Notes under the pieces: generated by a model
The model's input: only the letters and a program-made list of their open reading frames with translations
The model's database searches: none
Told to the model about the DNA's origin: nothing
Program-made: the position numbers and the translations under genes
DNA from: Lingula anatina
Lineage: Eukaryota > Animalia > Brachiopoda
Assembly (NCBI GenBank): GCA_051362555.1
Contig: CM120644.1
Coordinates: 24,388,534 to 24,452,533 of the forward strand
Direction of reading: 5' to 3'
DNA length: 64,000 nt
Part shown: positions 36,690-48,600 of the stretch, piece by piece
Numbering within the stretch: the stretch's first letter is position 1
How the letters are laid out: the number at the start of each line of letters is the position of its first letter

Positions 36690-39600
36690 GATATAAGACT
36701 ACATGTACATGTATTTGCCTTGAATAAGGACAAATTGGTAAGGGAAGTGGTAAATCATGACATATTTATTATCGGTAGCACATTTTATTTCCTGATATCA
36801 GCTTGAATAGATTTTGGATTTATCTCAATTTTGCAGGCATCTGTAATGAGTCTAACACACGAAATCCTGTTGGTACAAGTTCCCCTGCTGATAAAAGATC
36901 TACACGTTGGCGACATTATCCTGGACATGGTAGACAGGAGAATCCTTAGAGAACGTAATGCAGAAAAGTTAATGGCTCACAAAACAGAACAAGATCAAGC
37001 TTTTGAATTTTTTCGTATTTTAACAAAACTTGGTCCTACTGCATTTGGAACCATGGTTGAAGTGTTGAGAAAATACAAGAAAGAACTCAGAGACCAAATA
37101 GCAGAAAAAGCGACTGCTTGCAGTAGTAAAAACCCAACAGCAAATGTCTGCATTGATCACACGAGCCAGATACAGCGCCTTCCCTGGGACCCCAACGACA
37201 CCATGCACATGGACGACGTCGATGATAACCTGCAGTGGGAACAAGATGAAAGGAAACCTGCAGTTACTAGTTCTGCTCCAATCCATAGATATACATTAAT
37301 ATTTAAATATACCAAACAAGGGAAGGCACCAAAGAGAATATTGGTAAGAGGAAAGGCGGGCATCGGCAAAACCACCTTCACAAAGAAGATGGCAACAGAC
37401 TGGGCAAATGCCACACTGGGTTTAGGAGAATGTGATGGAGTACTTTCGAAATGCAAACATCTTTTAATGTTAAATCTACGCAGCATTAAGCCTTGTCAAA
37501 CACGGAAAGGGGCAATTGAATCGCAAATCACTTGTTCTACAGAAAACAGGAAAGCAGTGACAGATGAAATCATGCAAGCTCTCGACTTTGACACTGACTA
37601 TGTGCTACTGGTCTTGTATGGATATGATGAATATGATAACAACACTTCCAAAGAAATCACAGACATCATTTACCGTGAACGATACCAGGATGTGTGCACC
37701 GTCATCACAACACGTCCGCGGAAAGCAGAAGAACTGATGAACAGACGAATAATGGACAGTGCTTGTGAAATCACCGTCCATTTGAATAATCTGGAGTCAA
37801 AAAAGCGTCACTTTCTTGATTTTCAGAAGAAGTCATGGTCAATAAGGAACAGTCTAGACTCCATGATGGGAAAGAAGCTGATGTCCTTGGTGAAGATCCC
37901 AGTACTGTTGCTGTTCAGGAACTTTCGCCATGTGGCAGGGCTGGAACATTTGAGGCTAGACAGAGTATTCATGCAGGGACCCAGGTGTGTGCCGAGCAGG
38001 TGCACGTTCCCTAGGGGCGAAGATAACACAGAATATGAAGCAGTGCATGGACTGAGCCAAGGTGTGAGACAAAACACCATGTTGCCACTCTTCCCATTCA
38101 CTGGAAATCAACTGGTGCAGTACCGTGGTATCAGCAGTATACTGATTACATTGAATTCAATCAAAGATGGAAAGGGTTGGAGAATATGCTTGTCGGAGAA
38201 CTTGGAAAGCAAGAACAAGAAGACTTCTTGTCATCATACGCACCAGTCAGATTACACATTGCTATCAAAAATAAGTACACAAGAGTACACAGCAAAAATT
38301 GATCTGAAATTTGATAGTCATACAGTGGCATCATCGAAGGGGAACAGGATACAACAGAAAGAAGAGATACAATACAAATGTACGAAAGTTAATGCGGAGG
38401 AGAAGGACGATATCTACAGCCAAGTTTTAGCTTTTCTTCACAATGATTTGTTTCAGCTTTCAACAAGCTTCGTCCCAGGAGGGACAAGCATGTTTTTATA
38501 TCCGGCGCGTCTTCACGAGTTCTTTCGTCAGTCGGCACAAGGCCCACCCTTTCGTAAGGGGGAAGAATACTGCTATGAAGCAGTGCGACTGTCCAGTTTT
38601 AAAGACTTGCCCAATTCGGTCCCGGTACCAGCAACGCGACTTGCACGGTCAGGGTTCCATTACACTGGAAACAGTGATGAGGTAGCATGTTTTAGCTGTG
38701 GAGGGAGACTTAAGGAGTGGACCTATGGAGACAATCCATTTATGCGACATCGCAATTTCTTCCCAGATTGCCCACTTATGAAAGGAACTGAGACAAAGAA
38801 TGTTCCCCTGTTCCAAACAGATGATGCTATTTCTAATGGCAACATTGGCACCAATGATGATCCTTTCCCAAACTTAGCAAGGTCTTCACCACGTGATCAT
38901 AGTGGCAATGCGTCCTTACTACTGTCAAACCAACAGGCACTATCCAGGTCACTGGGCATCAGTTCACTAGAAGTCGCCATCCCGCAGATCTCTCATGCCG
39001 GGGTTGCCAGTGGTGTACGCTCTAGGGAGAACACATTTGCCCCCTTAACTCCACCAAATACATCTCATCTGCCTACATGTGTCCCGTCACGGATGAGAAA
39101 TGAGTCTGATCGCCTAGCAACTTTCGTCAGCTGGCCCAGTGGAGCAGGTGTCCGACCGAGAGACTTGGCAAAAGCTGGTTTCTTCTATCTGGGCACGGAG
39201 GACCGGGTTCAATGTGCCTTCTGTGAGGGGGTATTAAGGAACTGGGAACTAGGTATGATTACTTTTTATCGCTATGAACGTGATTCTATATATCCCTGCC
39301 TGTTCTGTATAAATGGTTGAAGCAAGAAAAGGGTCACTCATTTGTATGAATATGAAAAGTTCCTAAATTTATCAAAACAATTAAAGCTCTAAACCATTAA
39401 AACTGATGCAATATTTCCACGACAGATTAGCTTTAAACATTGATTTGTAACTTAAATGCTGGTTTTAGCAATTTATTCATGGATTTTGGATTTAAAACGC
39501 ACAATACTCCTCAGCGTAAGAATAATGAAATGGATCACGGACTGTCAGACATTAACATATGTTTTAGGTGACCAACCAACGCAGGAACACCGCAGATATC

Positions 39601-42600
39601 TTTCCACCTGCCCGTTCGTCCTAGGACTGGAAGTTGGGAATATTCCTCTGGAAGAACCAAGCACAGCTCTTTCTCTTTCTGTGTCAGAATCACAAAGACA
39701 AGCTGTGGGAGGCGGCACAACAGGATTAGAGAGTAAGCATGAGATAACAATAAACCTAACACATCCTCATAAACGCTACCGCAAGGACAAAATTTTAAAG
39801 ACCTAGTTAACCATATTCTTGTGGTGCAATGTAATGTATATTGATACTACTCGAGTCGTGGATCATAGTGCATTACATCTGGAATGCATGTTAATGCATG
39901 ACACCAACCACGGATATTATATGTCGTTAAACTGTCTTTATTTATCAAGTCGATCCCTAAAACTCTCCTTTCCATGGTTTCACCACATAGATGCCACAAC
40001 TGGACCAACACTAGGAATACTAACAGGGAGACCTAGACACGAGGGATACGCCATTGAACAGGCAAGAGTTCGGACCTTTGCTAACTGGCCGCCATCTCGT
40101 ATTCCGCGTCCGGAAACTCTCGCCAGGGCCGGGTTTTTTTACGCCGGTAAGTCCACTTTATATTTGAATGAAATATATTCCTTAAATTATTCTTTATCAA
40201 TATTTCACATATCCATTGGTGTTGGCAAATTTATTTAAAAAAACGAGACACCTCGATATAATGCATATGCCATAAACTATAACGCCACTTTTTAAAGCAC
40301 ATCAGCATCCCACAATATCAAAGTCACACTATATGTGAAGTATGCACAAATGACAATGTACTTCAACGTGTAATCCACAGCTCTTACGATATTTTTAGAT
40401 TGTCGTTAATAATAAACTGATCCCTGATGAATAAAAATGGACGAGTTGTAATCTTAATAAGAGGAGTAACAGGACCCATTCAGTTGATGTATTATTTATT
40501 TATTTATTTATTTATTTATTGTTAATAACAGGTTTTGGTGACAACGTGAAATGTTTCTTCTGTGACGGAGGACTGAGGAATTGGGAACCTCAAGACGACC
40601 CTTGGGTTGAGCATGCGCGTTGGTTCCCGCGTTGTGATTTTGTTCGTCAGTGCAAGGGGGATGTTTTTATACAAATTATTAAGGAAGAAAGTTCGCCAAA
40701 CAACCCGGTAAGCATATATTTAATCACAACATTTAATATGATGAAGATATAAACAAACTGTTTAAGGTAGATGACGTTTAACGACAAAAAGGAGGGGATT
40801 GTCTTTGGGTTGTAAATGGACACACCATGTTAGCAACTGCTATATACTGTAACGGATTTTATGTTGGTACTTCAGTCCGTACAGTATTAAAAGGGATTCG
40901 TCATTGTTTTAAAGGTTCAAATCCAAGAAACAAACTGCTGATGTAAAAAGGTTCAAAATGTTTATTAAAATGCAACAAAATGCAATGTGGTAATAATACC
41001 CACTCTGATATTCAGTTATTGTCTTTAAGTCCACGTTAAATATGTGTCCTTTGGATATATTCAGTTAATGTCCAGTTTTAGTTCTGCATAAACTTCCAAT
41101 CGGTGGGAGACTGTGACAGCAGTGGCTCCTCTTCTACCGGCCCACAGCTTCAAGTGCCAACACGGTGCGCAAATTATACATTAACTAAGTTTAAATATTC
41201 AGCGCATGAGTCAAATGCACTTAAAGGCACTTTTTTCTGTGTTCACAATAATTTAATTGAAATTTTCATTACAATACCCTCCTCCCTACAAGTCCTGTCC
41301 TCAGGGCTTAAGTAACACCAACTTTTTTTTTTTTTTTTTTTTATAAGCAACTGTAAACAATGTGAACAATAACTAATATAACTTCGCTCTAAACAAACAA
41401 ACAAACAACAAGTTCCAAGGGATAGGTAGTGACATTCACTTCCTCCATTAAACATAGTCTCTGAATCTTCGGGGAGGTCGCCGGTTCCGCCTTGGTCTCC
41501 TCGGGAGTGGAGCTAAAGCTGGACTGGGTCACTTTTACTATCTCCTTCACTTACAGGTGGAACTGGATCAATTTGAGATTCACTCGGGCTTTTACTCTTA
41601 TCATCATTCGACTGTTGACTCGTATCTTCTTCATCAGTAAATGGCACAGGATTAGTTTCAGGAGGCATGTCTATACTTTCGTCATCATACGTCTGGGTCG
41701 CTACCGTTTTGTGTCTATCTTCAGGTACAAACCAGGGAGCCACTGCACTTCCACGATATTTCTTGAGACGATCTCCATGTATAATTTTCACGTCGGATCG
41801 GGCAGACTTCTGTATTTTATACACAACATCGCTCAACTTATCAACAATAGTGAATGGCCCCACCCATTGGCATTGTAGCTTCGGACTGAGTCCCTTCTTC
41901 CTAAGTGGGGAGTACAGCCACACCATGTTTCCAATGCAGAATTTTTCTTCATCTGAACGCAGGTCATAATACTTCTTTTGTCTCTTGGCTGCATGTCCAA
42001 GCTCACGTCTGGCTATGTTGAAGGCCTCTTCCATCTTCATCTGCATTTCAACGGAATACTCAAGAGTGGTCTTTTCCTGGTCTACTGGCGAGCCAACCAT
42101 AACATCTATGGGCAAGTTGATTTCTCTTCCCAACATGAGACGATTTGGAGACAGAGTTGTACTTTCGTGCACAGTCGCTCGGTATGCCATCATTAAGTAT
42201 GGTATATAACCATCCCAATCTGTCTGATGCTTGGAAGTAAAGATCTTTAACATAACGCCAATCGTCCTGTTAAATCGTTCCACCATACCGTCACTCTGAG
42301 GATGATAGGCGGTGGTAGCAGTTTTCTTCACACCCAGGAGTTTGCAAATCTCTCCAAACAGCTTCGACTCAAAGTTCCTTCCTCTGTCGGTGTGTATCTT
42401 GCGTGGGGCACCAAATCTGCAGATAAATTCTTCCACCAACTTCTTTGCCACAGTTTCAGTCTCCTGATTTGGAATGGCATAGGCTTCAGTCCATTTGCTG
42501 AAATAATCACTAACCACCATGACATACCGATTGTTTGAATCGGTGACATGAAAAGGACCTTTGATGTCTAGTCCAATTCTTTCCATCACAGCACCAACTG

Positions 42601-45600
42601 CCGACTGCTTCAACTTAGGTCGCCTCTTTTTAATGGGATTCTTTGCAGCTCCGCACTCATCACATTGTTGTACCCACAATTTGATTTGGGTGTCCATACC
42701 AGGCCAATGACATCTTTCTTTAAGGGCTAAGATAGTGCGATGTACTCCAAAATGTCCTCCAGTGGGATTGGCGTGAAGATGCTCAAACATCGTTCTCCTT
42801 AACGGTTCAGGGGTCAACAATTGCCAATGAAAACTTTTACCTTGTTTCTTGACTAGCCATTTCCGGTACAGCACCCCCTTCTTCAATTCTAACTGATCAA
42901 ATTGACTCCAATAACGCTTAAGTGGTTCACTTTGATCACAAACAGTCTCAAAAGACGGCCTCTGTCCACATTTCTTCCACTGCATTACTTTGCCAAACAC
43001 CAAATCTTGTTCCTGTAATTTCCCTAGATCTTGAGGCGAAATAAAAGGCAACCAATTAGGCTCCAAAGAACCCTCTTCTCGTGACTCTGTGCTGATTACT
43101 CGTCTGGAGACCTTGGTGGGTGCAAGTTCTGGACACTGTCGTTTACACTGGGAACAAGGTCTTCTACTCAAACCGTCGGCGTTTCCATGACGTTGACCTG
43201 GTCGATGCTCAATTGTAAAATGGTATTCACCTAGAATTTCTAACCAGCGTGCTATCTGTCCTTCCGGTTCCTTAAAGTTCAGCAACCATCTCAAGGATCC
43301 ATGATCACTTCTAATCTTGAATTGACGTCCACAGAGATAATGTCTGAAGTATCGAGTAAAATGAACCACCGCTAATAACTCACGGCGGGTAACACAATAG
43401 CGTCTCTCTGCCTTACTCAAACTCCGACTGGCATATGCAATTACTTTTTCAACCCCATCTTGACATTGGCTGAGAACTGCACCAATTCCATCTTGGCTTG
43501 CATCTGTGTCTAGGATAAACTGGCCCTCTGGCGCCGGAAAAGATAATATGGGAGGTTTGATCAATGCTGCCTTCAATTCTTGAAATGATGCCTCCTGTTC
43601 ATGGTTCCACTCAAATGCACGATCTTTCTCCGTCAGCTGTTGAAGAGGCTTAGCTTTCTTTGAAAAATCCCTCACAAATCGTCTGTAGTATGAGCACAAT
43701 CCCAAAAAGCTCCTCACATCCTTCACACATCTGGGGGTAGGCCAAGTCTTCACTGCGTCAATTTTGTCTGGATCTGTTGATACACCATGTTCTGACACCA
43801 CATGCCCGAGATACTGTATTTCATGCTTGAAAAAGGTACACTTGCTAGGTTTTAACTTTAGTCCAGCTTTACCGAGACGCTCTAACACCAAAGCCAACCG
43901 ATCAAGATGCTCTTCCACAGTTTTCCCAAAGACGATAATGTCATCTAAATAAATCAGGCAAACTTCCCAGTGTAAGCCAGTGAGGATCAACTCCATCAAA
44001 CGCTCAAACGTTGCAGGGGCGTTAGCGAGGCCAAACGGCATAACTTTAAACTGAAATAGTCCTCGTCGTGTGATGAAAGCCGTCTTCAGTTTATCACGAG
44101 GATGCATCGCAACTTGCCAATATCCCATCATCTGATCGATCACTGAAAACCATTTGGAACCATGTAAAGTGTCTAACGTTTCGTCAATCCGTGGTATGGG
44201 ATAAGCGTCTTTCTTGGTGACATGATTTAATCGTCTATAGTCTATGCAGAAACGTGTACTACCATCCTTCTTGGACACTAAAACAATTGGTGAAGCCCAG
44301 GAACTGTTCGCTGGCTCGATTATTCCCAAGTCTAACATGCGTTGTAGTTCCCTGTCTCCCTCTTCCACTTTACTAATGGGTAGTCGTCTGAGTGGTTGTC
44401 GAATTGGGTGCTCATTTTCTGTGCAGATTTCGTGCTGAACAAGACTGGTATGTCCCAAATCCTCTGGTCCTGTGGCAAATACTCTACGGTGTTGGATCAA
44501 AAGTTTTGCCAGTTTTTCACGGTCAGCAGGGGTCAACTCTGAACTCGATCTCTCCCACAAGTCCGTTAAATGTTCTGGAACAACGTTCAATTGATCAGGT
44601 TTGACGATCGTAACTGGGTCTTGAAGTTGAGCGTGGTTAACATGTACTTTTTCCCCTTCTACTTTGGCCACCACAGTATTTTCCTTCAATATAACCTCGT
44701 CTTCACCAACATTTACAATTCTGAGTGGTACAGGCGAACCGTCCAATGTAACCAAACCCCTGGCCAAAGTTACTGCAGAATGCGACAAAAGTTGTTGTGA
44801 TGGCTCGACTAACCCCTCTGTGTAAGTAGGGCCTCTACGTTTTAATGTTCCACTGGTAAAAATCTCCGATCTGGGTGGAATCGTAATCGAGGTGGTAAGG
44901 AGAATATGACTTCTGGTGGCAACATCCTTCTCAGCAGTTAGTAATTGCGTCGTATTTTCCCCAATACTAAGTTGAAATGAAGAAAAATCCAGCTTTGCAC
45001 TAGTTTTCCTCAAGAAATCAATTCCAAGAATTCCGTCAGAGGCAATGTTGGCCACAATTGAGGTATGTTTAATTTGTCTACCGCAAATGTTCAGGTTCAA
45101 AGTTATCTCTCCTTTCACTCTTAATTCTTCTCCTGTAATGCCTATCACCTTCTTCAGAGTCTCACGTATAAGGGGGCGGGATTTCCTTGGCATTTGCTGG
45201 TAAATTCTTTCCGAAATTAAAGTTACGTCAGAGCCAGTATCCAACAAAAACAGTCTATTACTGGCTGGCAATTTCACACTAATGTATACGGATCCGACGG
45301 CTGTACCTTCCTCTTTTACTGGACCTGTCACGTCCTCGGCCATCGGTCGGTCCATTTCCTCGGCCTGGGTTAGTTTAAAGTCGGCCCATTGTTTGGTTTT
45401 GGTCCATTATTGCTGCGGAATCTGCCTCCTGGTCTGGGTGCCATGGGTACGGGAGCCGGGTTTGAATTGGGGACGGGAACAGAATTACCCATAGAACGTT
45501 GATTTCCCTGGAAGTGGTCTTGCCTTCCCCGCTCACTGGCTCGTCGTAAGTTTTCAATCTCTGTCGATTGAGCACGTAGGTTGTTATTGAGTTGTTCCAG

Positions 45601-48600
45601 TAATTGATTCATCTTCGCAATTTGGCCATTGGAAATTTCTTCTTGCTCACTCACCCTGTCGGCGGTACGAGCGTAGACTTTATCATTTTTGCGCAGACAA
45701 TTTCGTGCCGTTTCTGCTTCCTGGCAAGCTTCCATCTCAATGGCAACTTCTTCTGCCTCAATTAAGGTACGTGGTCGATATCGCATCACTTCCAGCCGGA
45801 GGCGAGGTTCATCTAAGGCATCTAAGAAATACTCTCTTTCAAACGTAGCTCGGACACGTTCATCTTCACCTGGCCAACCAAGTCGCACCAAGCGTCGTAT
45901 GGCTTGGGCGAGTTCACTAATTGACTCCTTTGGTTTGCGTCTCCGGGTGCGGGCTTGCACTCTGTACAATTCTTTCTTGTTGCGTGGACTGTACCGTCGC
46001 TCTAACGCTTCGGCTAACGCTTGGAATTTTTTGCGTTTTTCAACCGGTAAATCACTCAGCACTTGGGCCGCTTCACCTCTCAAGGCCATGGCAAGGTGGG
46101 TGCTGCGTTCTTCGTCTGTCCACCGGTAATTATCTGAGCATATTTCAAGTTGGGAACGAAAATCATCCCAATCACAGTTTTTCCCATCAAATGTTCCCAA
46201 TTTAATGGTTGGCCCAGTCTTGTACATCCTTTGATCTGCATAACTAGGCATGGCAGTAGATGTCCCAGGTGGGGAAATATCAGGCACGGGATTTACTCGT
46301 CGGTGAGCTGCATTCAACGTGGCTTGTAAGTCTGCTTCCATCTCGTCTATTCGCCGTCTTACACCAAGTAGTTCATCATCTAAATCAATGTCCGGGTTAT
46401 AACGTGGAGGTAACACATTTCCACTCCTGGTAAATGTGGAACTAAATCCAGTGTCCTGGCGGTCTCTGGTTTCGGGGCTTATTCCACGTTTCTTCTCCAT
46501 TGCTTCTTCAGGGTCGTGACAATGACTATAGATCCCACCGCTGCCACCAAAAACTGTAACGGATTTTATGTTGGTACTTCAGTCCGTACAGTATTAAAAG
46601 GGATTCGTCATTGTTTTAAAGGTTCAAATCCAAGAAACAAACTGCTGATGTAAAAAGGTTCAAAATGTTTATTAAAATGCAACAAAATGCAATGTGGTAA
46701 TAATACCCACTCTGATATTCAGTTATTGTCTTTAAGTCCACGTTAAATATGTGTCCTTTGGATATATTCAGTTAATGTCCAGTTTTAGTTCTGCATAAAC
46801 TTCCAATCGGTGGGAGACTGTGACAGCAGTGGCTCCTCTTCTACCGGCCCACAGCTACAAGTGCCAACACGGTGCGCACCTTTGGGAGAGTTTAAGCGGT
46901 AGACTTCCCTCCTTCAATCAACGACTTAGGGTGCTGGCACGGCGCACACCCTCGGGACAGCTTGCTTCCCGTTTTCCAACCAACCACTTGCCTGGAGTTC
47001 CGACACGGCCCGGACTCTCCGACCAATCACCTACTTAGCGTTCTGTCACGGCAGAAACCCACGGGAGAGCCCAACTTCCCGTTCTCCGTCCAGCCACCTG
47101 CTAGGGGTCTCGACACGGCGTAAACCCTGCGACAAACCACCTGCCTTGGGTTCCGTCACGGCACGAACCCACGGGAGAGCCCAACTTCCCGTTCTCCATC
47201 CAGCCACCTGCTAACGGTCCCGACACAGCGTAAACCCTGCGACAAACCACCTGCCTTGGGTTCCGTCACGGCACGAACCCACGGGAGAGCCCAACTTCCC
47301 GTTCTCCGTCCAGCCACCTGCTAAGGGTCCCGACACAGCGTAAACCCTGCGACACCAACCAACAGCTAAGGGTCCCGACTCGGCGTGAACCCTGCGACAC
47401 CAACCAACTGCTTTTACTACCGCCCCAGTGAACCTGCCAGAGAGAACAAGTCCTCTCAATCGGAACCTCGAGTGTAGCTCTACTGCGTCTGGGAATCTTC
47501 ACCCAACGAGTGCTTGACAGCTGAAAATGGGGTGGATGGTGGCTCTTACCCAGGGGGTTTTTGGACAGGGAGAGAACCACTGCTAAACGTGTTTACACTC
47601 ACGTGTAACTACCGTTTAGCAGAAAAGTCGAGTTTTCTGAAAATCTTCTGAATCTCCGCAATAGATATTTACAGGGCTTATTACAACAGCACTGGTACAT
47701 TGAAAATGAATAAATTATACATTAACTAAGTTTAAATATTCAGCGCATGAGTCAAATGCACTTAAAGGCACTTTTTTCTGTGTTCACAATAATTTAATTG
47801 AAATTTTCATCACAATACATTGATTATCCTTTTTTCTATATTAATTGTTCACGGTAAATATTGATTTATTCAATTTAGCCTCCCCAGACTCAAGCACAAG
47901 AACAAAGAGCACAAGGTTAGTTACCCATTGCTTTCTGACCAACAAACACAATTAATTGTCTTTTACTCGGTGCATGCGCCTTGCTAGATTTCTTAAGTTT
48001 TAGATAGACTGTATGGCTTTTCACAGTATTAGCAAATTTAGTAAATTTGTGTGAGGTACATGTATATATGAACAAGTCCTTATTGTTCTTATTTGTGATT
48101 GGAGCCCATCAAACATTCAACAACTTGGAACAAAACATCACCATATGCTTGAAAAAATGACTGAGCATATGCCTCTTGTTTTATCATGTGATTAGAACTC
48201 TGTCTGTATACAGGTGCGCCAGGCAGTTACCATGTAGAGGCCCGGGAGATCAAAGCCCGCATCGACACCCCGACAGTGCAGGCGGTCTTAGATATGGGTT
48301 TCAGACGAGATACAGTGCGTCAGGCGATCGAACGCAGATTGAGGGATACTGGAGATGATTTTCCCAGTGCAGCGAGTTTACTAGATGCCATTTTGAAAAT
48401 TGAGGATGAGATGAACCGGCAGACTGCACAAGGTGCGGCGGCGGTGTCTCTAATTCCCCAAGAGGAACCCGGTCAACAGCCACTAGTCCCAGCTCTGTCT
48501 GAAGTACCAGCATCTGTGACAACCCAAAAAACATCTCAAACGCAGAATTCGGGTAAATGTCTGAGCAAATAACATTCCGCTAAGATAACTTGCGGTTAGA

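Larger units (their letters stand above)
40848..47814 (-). mobile_element. Full-length Ty3/gypsy LTR retrotransposon 2, antisense in an IAP intron
   Basis: LTRs at 46555-47814 and 40848-41273; ATAC TSD (empty site in copy A near 14635); PBS TGGTGGCAGCGGTGGGAT at 46549-46532 (tRNA-Leu); PPT AGGGAGGAGGG next to 41273. Confidence 0.97.
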
